Assembly: GCA_047946875.1 (NCBI GenBank) | Contig: CP181398.1 | Location: forward strand, 649,041-713,040 | Reading direction: 5' to 3' | From: Candidatus Kerfeldbacteria bacterium | Lineage (GTDB): Bacteria > Patescibacteriota > Patescibacteriia > UBA10025 > JAHIVO01 | DNA length: 64,000 nucleotides | Part shown: positions 29,780 to 39,596 of the stretch, piece after piece | Layout of the letters: the number at the start of each line of letters is the position of its first letter | How positions within the stretch are numbered: position 1 is the stretch's first letter | Program-made: the position numbers and the translations under genes | Notes under the pieces: generated by a model | Databases searched by the model: none | Seen by the model: only the letters and a program-made list of their open reading frames with translations | Told to the model about the DNA's origin: nothing

Positions 29780-30619
29780 TTACTTTAGATTAAAAAATTT
29801 ATTTGCATTATTAGTTGTTGCTATAGCAACTTCATCATAACTTATTTTTTTTATTTCAGCTACTCGATCTGCTACATACCTAACAAATCTTGGTTCATTT
29901 CTCTTACCGCGTACCATCTGTGGAGCTAGATATGGAGCATCTGTTTCTACCATCATTCTATCTAATGGAGTTTTCCTAACTACTTCCTCTAGTTTACTAG
30001 TTTTAGGGTATGTAATAATCCCCGTAAACGAAATCATAAATCCAGCATCCAGAAATTTCTTGGCAATTGGCCAATCAGCTGTAAAACAATGCACTACCCC
30101 ATTATTAAAATCAGCTTCTTTCAAAACAGCTAGCATATCATCGTAGGCTTTAACAATATTATCATTTGACCCACGACAGTGCATGATCAATGGCAAAGAT
30201 AATTTTTTTGCCATCTGAGCTCCTTTCAAAAATGTCCAATGTTGTTTATTTTCAAATTCTTCTTTAGGGATACCATCAGGCACATGAAAATAATCTATTC
30301 CCATCTCTCCGATAGCAACAACCTTAGGATTCTTTGCTAATTCTTCGTATGCATCACTTTTGAAATCTTCTTCTCTAGATGTAAAAGCAATTTCTGATTC
30401 ATCAACTTCTGTAGAAAAAAGATGGATAGGATGAAGTCCAATAGCCGCATAACAATTGTAAGGATATTTCTCAGCTATCTCTATGGCTCTTTTACTGGTT
30501 GATAGTTGAGAGCCAACATTAATAACTTTAGTATTTTCTTTGGCAATTCTATCTACTACTGCTTCTAGATCATCTTTATAGGCAGAAAAATTAAGATGAG
30601 CATGTGTATCTATGAGCAT
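29780..30619 (-). CDS. tatD: TatD-family metal-dependent DNase/hydrolase
   Basis: 279 aa; begins MLIDTHAHLNF. Confidence 0.85.
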   Translation of the reverse strand: MLIDTHAHLNFSAYKDDLEAVVDRIAKENTKVINVGSQLSTSKRAIEIAEKYPYNCYAAIGLHPIHLFSTEVDESEIAFTSREEDFKSDAYEELAKNPKVVAIGEMGIDYFHVPDGIPKEEFENKQHWTFLKGAQMAKKLSLPLIMHCRGSNDNIVKAYDDMLAVLKEADFNNGVVHCFTADWPIAKKFLDAGFMISFTGIITYPKTSKLEEVVRKTPLDRMMVETDAPYLAPQMVRGKRNEPRFVRYVADRVAEIKKISYDEVAIATTNNANKFFNLK

Positions 30620-30719
30620 AGTTCTAAAACAATTAATAAAAAGTATTTATTTATATTAAACATGGATTATTAAATACACTTCTCGTCCCGCCCCTGAAGC
30701 GGAACAGAATAGTGCGGGA

Positions 30720-31250
30720 TCAATTAACATAATTTGTAGGAATAGTATTTTGTATATTAGCTGTCATTGATTCAGGTATCAATGGAACTAATACTTTTGA
30801 TATTGTTGTAAATAATGTTGCCATTGCTGAGTTATCTATGGCTTGCATCACCTCTGGTGAAAATTCAAAAGTTGTAATCACATACAATATTGTACCTAAC
30901 ACCAAAGCTCCTTCTAAAAATCCGAGTAATCCACCAGCTAAACGATTAACCATAGTAGCAAAAGGTATAAGCCTAGCAAGTTTGAATCCTTGGTCGATCA
31001 TATGTACCATATATCCTACTAACCTACTAATACCTACAAATACAACTATAAAAGCAATAACGTCGGCTACGTTTTCTTTGACCATAAAGAATTGAACAAA
31101 AGTTGATATTTCTGGATATAAATTTGAGGCTGCCACTATACCAACAACAACTCCAATGATTGCGCCAAGTGTATGAATTAAACCAAGATAAAATCCAGCT
31201 CCAACGAAGCCAAAGAAAATTATTAATAAAACTAAATCAAGTGTACCCAT
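30720..31250 (-). CDS. cvpA: CvpA-family membrane protein
   Basis: 176 aa; four TM helices with the CvpA pattern. Confidence 0.65.
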   Translation of the reverse strand: MGTLDLVLLIIFFGFVGAGFYLGLIHTLGAIIGVVVGIVAASNLYPEISTFVQFFMVKENVADVIAFIVVFVGISRLVGYMVHMIDQGFKLARLIPFATMVNRLAGGLLGFLEGALVLGTILYVITTFEFSPEVMQAIDNSAMATLFTTISKVLVPLIPESMTANIQNTIPTNYVN

Positions 31251-31265
31251 AAATATAAACTTAAA

Positions 31266-32693
31266 TTATAATCTTTTGAAAAGTGGATCTCCTTTTACAA
31301 TCTTATCACTACTTAGACTACCAATAATTATATCGGCTGTATGTGGCATAAATGGTTTTATCTCAGCTGCAAAGGCAAATAAGAAACTTGCCAAATCACT
31401 AAGTAAATCCTCTAGCGCAGTTTGTCTGTCCGGGTCTTTTGCCATCTTCCAAGGCTCATTCTCATCGATAGTTTGATTTGCTTTAGCTATCGTCTGCCAT
31501 AACTCTTTCAAAGCTTCATCAAATTGCAATTTTTCAATTCTTTCTCCGATAAGCTCAAGGCTGATTGGTGAATCTACTTGTTTAGGAATTTTACCGTCTG
31601 TATATTTCTCAATCATATTCAAAACTCGACTAACTAGATTACCAAGATTATTTGCAAGATCGGCATTATATTTTTCTTTGAACAAAGATTTTTTTATATC
31701 ACCATCATTACCAAATGGAAATTGAGTTAATAGTAAATACCTAGTTGCATCAACACCAAACTCCTCTATCATCTCATTGGGATGTATAACATTGCCAAGC
31801 GATTTACTCATTTTCTGGCCATCCAAACTAAAAAATCCATGTGCATAAATTAATCCTGGTAATTTTTCTCCTGCCGCTAACAACATGGCTGGCCAATATA
31901 CTGCATGAAATTTAATAATATCTTTAGCCATTAGATGTACATCGGCAGGCCACCATTTATTAAATTCCTTATCATCGCGACCATAACCAATAGCAGAAAT
32001 GTAATTTTGTAATGCTTCTACCCAAACATAAACTTTTTGCGTTTTATCTACAGAAAAATCAAGTCCCCACTTCACTCTCTCTCTAGTCACCGAAAAATCT
32101 TTAAGCTCTTGCTTTATCAAACCGAGTACCTCATTTTTTCTTGCTTCTGGAAGTACTTTTATTTTATCAGTTTCAATTAATTTTTTTACTTCAGGTAAAT
32201 ATTTTTCTAATCGAAAAAACCAGTTCTTCTCTTTCACTACTTCTGGCTTTTTATTATGATCTGGACATTTACCATCTACTAATTCTTTTTCCGTAAGAAA
32301 ATCTTCACAACCATTACAATACAACCCTTCATAGTCCCCTTGATATAAAGCATCAACTTTTTCCAATTTCTCCAAAAATTTATTTACTGACTCCTGGTGT
32401 TTAGGATCAGTTGTCCGCATAAAAATATCATTAGTGATATTAAGTTTCTGAAAAGCATCCTTAAAATCATTAGCATTCTTATCGACAAAATCTTGTACAT
32501 CTACTCCATTTTTCTCAGCGCTTTCTGCTACCTTGTCGCCATGCTCATCAGTACCGGTCAAGAAAAAAACATCATAATCTTTCTGACGATAATAACGTGC
32601 CAAAACATCCGCCGCAATCGTAGTATAAGCACTACCGATATGTGGCTTATCATTTACATAATATATAGGCGTAGTTATGTAGAACTTTTTCAT
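31266..32693 (-). CDS. metG: methionine--tRNA ligase
   Basis: 475 aa; HIGSAY (HIGH) and KMSKS motifs. Confidence 0.95.
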   Translation of the reverse strand: MKKFYITTPIYYVNDKPHIGSAYTTIAADVLARYYRQKDYDVFFLTGTDEHGDKVAESAEKNGVDVQDFVDKNANDFKDAFQKLNITNDIFMRTTDPKHQESVNKFLEKLEKVDALYQGDYEGLYCNGCEDFLTEKELVDGKCPDHNKKPEVVKEKNWFFRLEKYLPEVKKLIETDKIKVLPEARKNEVLGLIKQELKDFSVTRERVKWGLDFSVDKTQKVYVWVEALQNYISAIGYGRDDKEFNKWWPADVHLMAKDIIKFHAVYWPAMLLAAGEKLPGLIYAHGFFSLDGQKMSKSLGNVIHPNEMIEEFGVDATRYLLLTQFPFGNDGDIKKSLFKEKYNADLANNLGNLVSRVLNMIEKYTDGKIPKQVDSPISLELIGERIEKLQFDEALKELWQTIAKANQTIDENEPWKMAKDPDRQTALEDLLSDLASFLFAFAAEIKPFMPHTADIIIGSLSSDKIVKGDPLFKRL

Positions 32694-32881
32694 GTTTTTT
32701 GATTAAACTTGTAGTAATACTTGTCCCGTCACCTTGAGCAAAGAGATGTGGTACGGGATAGAATTTCTTTGACATATTTTCTTTATTATAACTAAAAAAC
32801 TGCTTTTTTTCAAATAAAAATAACCTCACTTTATAATAAAATGAGGCTACATAAATGTACGAATATCTAGATTAATAAATA

Positions 32882-33676
32882 TTAATCATCATCACCGGGC
32901 GTATATGGTTCGATGTTAATCTTATCAACGATAGTTGATTTTGAAACTTTAGTCCCGGCAGCTACTACAACATCGGCTATCAAGAAGCTTTCATCAACCT
33001 TGCAATTTTTTCCGACCTCAACATCATTGATAATTGTAGAACCATCTACTTTTGTATTATCGCCAATTTCAGCTGAGTTCAGAATAACAGAATCTTCAAC
33101 ATCACATTTTTCGCCGATTTCAACATCACCGATCAAAATTGAATCCTCAACTTCAGCACCTTTATCGACATTTGTATGTTGACAAATAATCGAGTCTTCA
33201 ATTTCAGCACCTTCACCGATTGTTGCATCATTTGTTAATGTAGAACCTTCAACTTCAGCTTTGTCGTTGACTTTAACATTATCAATTAATAACGAATCAT
33301 CGACTTTTGCACCTCCCCGAATGATCACATTATTTGCAACGATTGAAGCTGTTACTTTTGCACCTTCCTGAATTTGAGGTGATCCAGTAATAGTAGATTC
33401 TCTGACGATCGCTTCGTCTCCAATCCTACAGCTACCATCAATTTTGCATTTCTGAATAACAACATTAACGCCGATTCTAATAGCAGTATTACCACTGTCA
33501 GCAAAAATTAATGATTCTGCAACCATCGTACCTGCACCAATATACACATTGGGGCCAACAATAGAACCGACACCAATTGACGCCGAATCATCCACATGAG
33601 CATCTTTTGCAACCAACCCACCACCACTATGGATAGTGTATTCATCACCAAATAGGTTAAAAACTTGAGTTTCCAT
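32882..33676 (-). CDS. bactofilin-like beta-helical repeat protein
   Basis: 264 aa of repeated (D/E)S.I.G.V.IG...V motifs. Confidence 0.5.
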   Translation of the reverse strand: METQVFNLFGDEYTIHSGGGLVAKDAHVDDSASIGVGSIVGPNVYIGAGTMVAESLIFADSGNTAIRIGVNVVIQKCKIDGSCRIGDEAIVRESTITGSPQIQEGAKVTASIVANNVIIRGGAKVDDSLLIDNVKVNDKAEVEGSTLTNDATIGEGAEIEDSIICQHTNVDKGAEVEDSILIGDVEIGEKCDVEDSVILNSAEIGDNTKVDGSTIINDVEVGKNCKVDESFLIADVVVAAGTKVSKSTIVDKINIEPYTPGDDD

Positions 33677-33816
33677 CTCGTTTCTCCTGAGATTAAAGTG
33701 TTTTAATGATATATAAAATAGCTATTTGTATTTTTTATAATTAAATCATCTTAATTAAATAATGATTTCTTGTCAAATAAAAAAAGACTCGGTTTCTATA
33801 CGAGTCTTTATACGGA

Positions 33817-34008
33817 TCATTTCTTAATAATTCTCTCAGATATTGTTCCAGCAACTATCAAAGCTACTATTGCAACAAAAACAACATATCCACCTGTAAC
33901 TTTTGTAAGTGTTGCCACAATATAAACTATTGCACCAACTCCAATCCATGAAATTAGAATTCCGAGAAAATCACAAAATCCTAATTTTCCGTGTTTTTCA
34001 ACACTCAT
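33817..34008 (-). CDS. 63-aa membrane protein, tandem paralog
   Basis: KLGFCDFLGIL motif; own hairpin terminator (AAAGACTCG...CGAGTCTTT) downstream. Confidence 0.5.
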   Translation of the reverse strand: MSVEKHGKLGFCDFLGILISWIGVGAIVYIVATLTKVTGGYVVFVAIVALIVAGTISERIIKK

Positions 34009-34121
34009 GCAAATCCCTCCTTGTTTAGAAATGAACTTTTTACGTTAATTAAAACATATATTTTTTATAGAACTTTGTCAATAAAAAAAGACTCGTTTAT
34101 GATAAACAAGTCTATAAGGAG

Positions 34122-34313
34122 TTATTTTTCTACAATTTTACCGGTAGTTAAACCAGCAGCTATCAGGGCTACAATACCGGTGAGAAATGAAAGAAGTCCT
34201 CCTACTTCGTCACTGGATGCAACAGCAAATGTAACGCCTGCAGCTCCTCCCCATACAGCAAGGATCCCGAGAAAATCACAGAATCCTAATTTTCCACGTT
34301 TCTCGCTGCCCAT
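34122..34313 (-). CDS. 63-aa membrane protein, tandem paralog with GC-richer codons
   Basis: Same KLGFCDFLGIL motif; own terminator. Confidence 0.5.
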   Translation of the reverse strand: MGSEKRGKLGFCDFLGILAVWGGAAGVTFAVASSDEVGGLLSFLTGIVALIAAGLTTGKIVEK

Positions 34314-34454
34314 AATATCCCCTCAAGTTAAAAATGAACTTTTTTCAATTTAATTAACTTAAGTCATATATACATATTTGTCAAGAATATATAAGGCTAG
34401 CATAAACAACTTAGTTGTGATATAAAATAATGTTACTTTTTTATTCATAAAATA

Positions 34455-35204
34455 TTATTCTGGAAATGCTATTGCTAGTATTATAAACACTAAAACGCTT
34501 GCTAGCAAACCAGTAGTTAGATAAATTGGCTTACGATATTTATGAGCCATTGGTAATAATTCATGAATAGATATGTAAACCATAATCCCAGCAGAGAAAG
34601 CTAACATATAAGCATTCAAACCAGTGAAAAAACTAACCGCTAACAAACCGATCACAGCTCCTACTGGCTCAGCCAATCCAGAAACTATAGCAATCTTAAT
34701 TAATGATTTTTTATTCTTACCAGCTGTAATCAAAGGTACGGCCATAGCAAATTCTTCAGGAATATTATGAAGGGCAATAGCAATAGCTACCATTATACCC
34801 AATGAAGGAGAATTAACGAATGAGTTAGCCATAGCAAAACCTTCAGGAACATCATGTAATATCAAACCAAAAGCTAACAAATAAGCAGCAGCAATAATCG
34901 GCCTATTCGCTCCTTCTCTCTCTTTTATCAAATGAGTATGGGGAATTATATAATTAAGAATAGCAGAAAATCCGAATCCAATTATTCCAGTTAATATAGC
35001 TTTCGTCCAACCTGCCTCATCTATAGCTTCGGGGAATAATTCAAAAAACGAAATCAAAATCATAATACCAGTAGAAAACCCTATACCCACAACTATCAAA
35101 TATGATTTATTTTTTATACGATAAGCTAGCCAGACCCCGATCAAGGTGGTCATGCCAGACAATAATGCTAATACTATTATTGCTAAATATGTAGATGAAT
35201 CCAT
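34455..35204 (-). CDS. ZIP-family metal transporter
   Basis: 249 aa; HNIPEGFAMA and HELP motifs. Confidence 0.8.
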   Translation of the reverse strand: MDSSTYLAIIVLALLSGMTTLIGVWLAYRIKNKSYLIVVGIGFSTGIMILISFFELFPEAIDEAGWTKAILTGIIGFGFSAILNYIIPHTHLIKEREGANRPIIAAAYLLAFGLILHDVPEGFAMANSFVNSPSLGIMVAIAIALHNIPEEFAMAVPLITAGKNKKSLIKIAIVSGLAEPVGAVIGLLAVSFFTGLNAYMLAFSAGIMVYISIHELLPMAHKYRKPIYLTTGLLASVLVFIILAIAFPE

Positions 35205-35206
35205 TT

Positions 35207-35749
35207 TTATTTTATTTTATACTTCCATCCCGGTTGCCACTGACCTACTTTTCTCCAATCAGTTTCTATCGACTGCTTCCAAGTTTTATTATTTAATAAT
35301 ACCTCTATAGCTAACTGTGGGGCTTGATGAGCTACTAGAGCCACCTTCTTACCGTCATATTCTTTTTTTAAATAGTTTAAAAAATCTTTAATTCTATTTT
35401 CTATTTGCTTATAACTTTCACCATTCGGAAAAGCATTGGAGATATATTTATTCAAATTATTCTTAAAATGCTCATCTCCTCCATTCCAATCTCCATAATT
35501 TGCTTCACGCAATCTTTTGTCCTGTATAATTTCATACTTATCTTCAAAAGCACACTTAGCAGAATCAATCGCTCGCTGTAAATCTGAACTTATCACTACA
35601 TCAAATTTTTTGTCTTTAACTAGCTCCCCTAATTCTTTAGATTGTTGAATACCTAAATCAGACAACTCACCAGGTAACCAACCAGTGGCTTTTCCTGTTT
35701 CATTATCAATAGTTGTCCCATGCACAAAATATGTTATTTCTACACTCAT
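35207..35749 (-). CDS. histidine phosphatase family protein
   Basis: 180 aa; N-terminal F.HGTT with downstream R/H residues. Confidence 0.55.
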   Translation of the reverse strand: MSVEITYFVHGTTIDNETGKATGWLPGELSDLGIQQSKELGELVKDKKFDVVISSDLQRAIDSAKCAFEDKYEIIQDKRLREANYGDWNGGDEHFKNNLNKYISNAFPNGESYKQIENRIKDFLNYLKKEYDGKKVALVAHQAPQLAIEVLLNNKTWKQSIETDWRKVGQWQPGWKYKIK

Positions 35750-36027
35750 AAAGTAATTTTACCTTTTATTGACTAATCATTCAAATAAAAAAACCGTCAA
35801 TAATAATTATTAATATAGAGACATAGTTTTTGACTTATTATATGGTATTTGTTAATGTAATCTAAACATGTTCATTAAGTTTGTTAGAAAACTTACAAAA
35901 TGGAAGCTTGAGATGAGTGCTGGAAAAATGGAACTAAAATCCAGAAACCAGACGTTACAAGTTGGCAACCGGATATGTATAACCTACACAAGACAAAACA
36001 TTAAAAAATATTAACATCTATATCCAT

Positions 36028-36069
36028 TCTATTCCAGCAACTAACAAGAGTTAGTTTTTGAAATAGAAG
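36028..36069. repeat. ~40-bp direct repeat with an internal ACTAAC..GTTAGT hairpin, copy 1
   Basis: Matches 36849-36890 at about 80%; upstream of lepB. Confidence 0.55.
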
Positions 36070-36099
36070 TAAGTTCTTTGAAATATATTGGAGGTGATC

Positions 36100-36792
36100 A
36101 TGAAATCACATGTTCATGTAGAAAAGTATAGTCGAGCTGAGTCCAATAGAAGATCAAATTGGTTGAGACATCTCATAATACCAGTGATCATTATAATTGG
36201 TGCAATTTTAGTGAGAACATATTTTGTAAGAGCATATTATATAAAATCCGGTTCAATGGAAGGGGAGCTATATGAAGGTGATTTTATTTTTGTGAATCAT
36301 CTTATATATAATTTCAGTCTTCCCGAAAACGGAGATATAATTGCCTTTAAGTACCCAAATAATCCTACTAGAGATTTCCTTAAGCGAGTTGTCGCCGGAC
36401 CTGGTCAGATTGTTGAAGTCAGAGACAAAATTTTATATGTAGACCATGTAATCGCTTCATGGCCAAAACATGCTAAGTATGTTGATTCTACTCGAGTACT
36501 ATCAGGAGAATTTTCTTTCCGTGATAATTTCGGACCATATGAAGTTCAACCAGACAATTGGTTTGTTATGGGAGACAATCGTGATGCCAGTCGTGATAGT
36601 AGATTCTGGGGAACTATTCCCAAAGAAAATATAAAAGGAAAAGCCATGATTATTTATTGGTCTTGGCAATCTAACCCAGATGCTCCTGGATGGGAATTTC
36701 CATATATTATTGATATAGTCCGCTGGACAGGTTATATCATTTGGAATTTTCCAACTCATGTCCGTTGGGAACGGCTATACACTTCCTTGTAA
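36100..36792 (+). CDS. lepB: signal peptidase I
   Basis: GSMEGEL (catalytic Ser), K box, GDNRDASRDSRFWG; start set 3 nt after GGAGGTG. Confidence 0.9.
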   Translation: MKSHVHVEKYSRAESNRRSNWLRHLIIPVIIIIGAILVRTYFVRAYYIKSGSMEGELYEGDFIFVNHLIYNFSLPENGDIIAFKYPNNPTRDFLKRVVAGPGQIVEVRDKILYVDHVIASWPKHAKYVDSTRVLSGEFSFRDNFGPYEVQPDNWFVMGDNRDASRDSRFWGTIPKENIKGKAMIIYWSWQSNPDAPGWEFPYIIDIVRWTGYIIWNFPTHVRWERLYTSL

Positions 36793-36848
36793 GCACATTT
36801 GTTTTTGTGCAGAGGCAGTACTTAGAAATAAGTATTTGTCTCTGCACA

Positions 36849-36890
36849 CTCTATTCTAGTCACTAACGAAAGTTAGTTTCTGAAACAGAG
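36849..36890. repeat. ~40-bp direct repeat with hairpin, copy 2
   Basis: Downstream of lepB, between convergent genes. Confidence 0.55.
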
Positions 36891-36900
36891 AATGTTTATA

Positions 36901-38130
36901 TTACTCAGCTGAAAATTTCTTATCCAACTCAGTAACTTGTGGATCTACTTGCAAAGATTTCTCATTATATCCTATCAAACTTAATCCATTGAGAGATCTA
37001 ACTCTTGATAATGCTACATACCCCATCCCATATTCAAAAGTCTTACTAAGATCTATTTCTGTAAGATCCAAACTCATACCCTGACTTTTATGCACAGTAA
37101 TAGCCCAAGCCAAACGTAATGGCACTTGTGCTATCTCAGCCAAGACATCATCTTGCTCATCTATTGTCCAAGAAACTGGTTTTACTTTGATTGTTTTACC
37201 TTCTACAGTTTTGACTATTGGATAATTATCTTCATCATCAAAATCAATCACCTCTCCCATCGTCCCATTTATATATTCTTCTTTAAAATTATTTTTTACA
37301 AACATTACTGCCGCACCTCTCTTCAATATCAAGTCCTCTGGAGCTAAACAATTTTTCTTTAATGTCTGTACCAAATTTTCTATCCCATTAGATTTCATTT
37401 GGTATATTTTTGGTTTTCTATTTATTTTTGCCAGCTCCATCGAGTTTAATGAATCGACATCAGTATTATGTGTATAAATTTTTATTGGTTTGATGCGACT
37501 CTTGAGCTTAGCGCCAACCCTACTTTGCAATAGAGTGAGGTCAGCTGGGGTACATGTCTGTGATCTAATATTTTTTAATAATGTAAGAAACTTTTTATCT
37601 TGATGACGATGTTGTTCAGTCAAATAGCAAATCTCAGGATCTAGTTCTGGCCAAGCATGTGAATTCACTACAAAACTTCTAAAGCCCATTCCTCTGACCG
37701 GTTGAAGCTGAAAAAAATCTCCACTCAAAATTACTTGCAATCCTCCAAATGGTCTTACGTCCTGCCTAAAATATTTACAAACCTTATTTATAAGATCAAA
37801 CTGGTTAGCATGTAACATTGATATCTCATCAATAATCAAAATGTCATTATTTTTTATATGCTGTCGCAAGTAATCTTTCTTCATCATTTTGGATATCTCA
37901 CCATCAGTCAAAGTAGTTTTCAGCTGAATCCCAGACCATGAATGTATTGTTTTCCCACCTATATGCGTAGAGGCAATCCCAGTAGAAGCAGTTACAGCGA
38001 CAGCTTTACCTTCACTCTTTGCCCATTTGATAAATTTATTTAACAAAAAAGTTTTACCAGAGCCTGCGGCGCCGGTAATGAATGCGTTCCCACCATCTTT
38101 TAGTGCTTCTAGAGCTTCTTTTTGTTTCAT
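36901..38130 (-). CDS. PIF1/RecD-family SF1B helicase
   Basis: 409 aa; GAAGSGKTFLL, DEISML, C-terminal LSRVRSLNGL. Confidence 0.8.
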   Translation of the reverse strand: MKQKEALEALKDGGNAFITGAAGSGKTFLLNKFIKWAKSEGKAVAVTASTGIASTHIGGKTIHSWSGIQLKTTLTDGEISKMMKKDYLRQHIKNNDILIIDEISMLHANQFDLINKVCKYFRQDVRPFGGLQVILSGDFFQLQPVRGMGFRSFVVNSHAWPELDPEICYLTEQHRHQDKKFLTLLKNIRSQTCTPADLTLLQSRVGAKLKSRIKPIKIYTHNTDVDSLNSMELAKINRKPKIYQMKSNGIENLVQTLKKNCLAPEDLILKRGAAVMFVKNNFKEEYINGTMGEVIDFDDEDNYPIVKTVEGKTIKVKPVSWTIDEQDDVLAEIAQVPLRLAWAITVHKSQGMSLDLTEIDLSKTFEYGMGYVALSRVRSLNGLSLIGYNEKSLQVDPQVTELDKKFSAE

Positions 38131-38178
38131 GTTTATTTTTTTAAATATATGTAAATGTATCTTACTATTATTTTAATA

Positions 38179-38610
38179 CTAAAACAAGTTTTCTATTTCT
38201 TTATTATTAAAATATTGATATGGTAGCTCATGATACTTGCGTGGTAAATCCTGTTTGATGGGATTGTATTTTATATAACTAGTAACTGCTCTTAGATATT
38301 TACCTGTATCTATAATACGAGTGTAGAAACGACGTTGCCAAATATTACCCATATGTAATTTTCGGGAAAAATTTCCCTTGATTGATTGAATCAAATTCGA
38401 GATAGTATATTGATTGGCTGGTCGCACGTTGGAAAACGTGCTCTTGTTTGATGGCACAAACTGTTGAATATCCTTCGAGAGCACCCTTTCTAGGGTGCGA
38501 TCAACATATACCAACAAATGAATATAATCTGGCATTATTTGATATGCTAAAATATTATACCCTTTTAATCTACCCACATTGAATATGATGTCCGATAATA
38601 ATTTCGTCAT
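38179..38610 (-). CDS. IS200/RAYT-like transposase-family protein, N-terminally truncated, HuH degenerate (YIH)
   Basis: 143 aa; PDYIHLLV where an HuH motif is expected; WQRRFYTRII motif. Confidence 0.55.
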   Translation of the reverse strand: MTKLLSDIIFNVGRLKGYNILAYQIMPDYIHLLVYVDRTLERVLSKDIQQFVPSNKSTFSNVRPANQYTISNLIQSIKGNFSRKLHMGNIWQRRFYTRIIDTGKYLRAVTSYIKYNPIKQDLPRKYHELPYQYFNNKEIENLF

Positions 38611-38706
38611 TTTTTAATCCTCAAATAATTGATATCCTTCCCTGATACGAAAGGTAATAAAATATGGATATTTATTTTGATATATTCTACGTTGTGTCAT
38701 AAAAAA

Positions 38707-38733
38707 CTTCCCTTTTCTATTTGGGAAGGTTTT
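38707..38733. terminator. bidirectional hairpin (possible IS200-like end hairpin or terminator)
   Basis: CTTCCC-TTTTCTATT-TGGGAAG followed by T-run; about 100 nt upstream of the transposase-like start. Confidence 0.45.
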
Positions 38734-38863
38734 ATACTATTATCTTACCACTCGTTCCAAATATATTCAATCATTATTGACAAAGTATATTATTTATTAT
38801 AAGTTTAGTTGAAAATATTAAACAGTTCTTTAATAATCATCAACCTCGAAAGGAGGTAATATC

Positions 38864-39532
38864 ATGAAACAAGAGACTAAGAAAAAACTCTACAAATTCT
38901 TAGCAATAGGAACCTTAATTCTTAGCCTTATAGCATTTATCATTTATGCTATTTATCGTTTTTTTAAATTTGTTACCTCTGGAACTCTTGAGGGTACTTT
39001 ATGGGGAATTGGTGTTATCATCGTTCCAATTCTCTTGTTTATCCTTATTTCAAGGATACGTGGTGAGTTATACCAACAAGAACGAGCTAAAATAAACCAA
39101 CAACGAAAAGAGAGAGAAGAAAAATTAGAGAGAGAAGAACGCAAGAGAAAAGCCGAAGCAGAAGCAAGAGAAAAATCAGAGAGAGAAGAACGCAAGAGAA
39201 AAGCCGAAGCAGAAGCAAAGGAGGCAAAGAGAAGAGGTATCTGCGTTTGCTGTGAAAAACCATCCAAAAATTTAGATTCTTTGGCATGGTGTAATAATTG
39301 TATTCTTGAGGTTGAACGTATAAAAAGAAAAAGAAAAGAGAAACCGCTACGTGATGCTGAAGAAGCTGGTAAGGATGTATGTTGGGAATGCGAATCTATT
39401 AACCCTAATAGATTCAGAACAGGTGAATGCATACAATGCTCAAATAGATGTCGCTGTGGAGCACCCTTCACTAGACACAACCCTAGCTTAGGCGGAGAAT
39501 GCGTTGACTGTTTTCTTGATTATGATGACTAA
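38864..39532 (+). CDS. membrane protein with charged coiled coil and a Cys-rich (6x CxxC) C-terminal domain
   Basis: 222 aa; two TM helices, ER/K-rich repeat, CVCCEKP..CNNC..CWEC..CIQC..CRC..CVDC. Confidence 0.6.
   Translation: MKQETKKKLYKFLAIGTLILSLIAFIIYAIYRFFKFVTSGTLEGTLWGIGVIIVPILLFILISRIRGELYQQERAKINQQRKEREEKLEREERKRKAEAEAREKSEREERKRKAEAEAKEAKRRGICVCCEKPSKNLDSLAWCNNCILEVERIKRKRKEKPLRDAEEAGKDVCWECESINPNRFRTGECIQCSNRCRCGAPFTRHNPSLGGECVDCFLDYDD
39127..39228 (+). repeat. perfect 51-nt in-frame tandem repeat x2 (EREERKRKAEAEAREKS)
   Basis: Identical 51-nt units at 39127 and 39178. Confidence 0.85.
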
Positions 39533-39596
39533 AAAGCCTGGTAGTTTACTACGAGGCTTTTATTATTTCTATAAAAAATAGAAAACTTTAATCTTA

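Noticed and set aside
30660-30720. GC-rich hairpin CCCGCCCCTGAAGCGG...GCGGG downstream of cvpA as a mini-insert like those in the helicase gene
   Set aside because: The sequence differs from the two helicase-gene inserts and lacks a T-tract; it is probably a simple transcript-end structure.
32694-32880. T-box or riboswitch leader upstream of metG
   Set aside because: No T-box consensus (AATTAGGGTGG) or specifier-loop architecture; the hairpin plus T-run at about 32800-32840 is better explained as the terminator of the upstream bactofilin-like gene.
39127-39228. Possible CRISPR array
   Set aside because: Only two directly adjacent identical 51-nt units with no spacers; they lie in-frame inside a coding sequence. 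It is a tandem duplication.
38953-39480. 175-aa minus-strand ORF (and a nested 66-aa ORF) opposite the Cys-rich protein gene
   Set aside because: It is an artefact of the 51-nt tandem repeat and AG-rich sequence; the plus-strand gene has a ribosome-binding site, TM helices and CxxC motifs.
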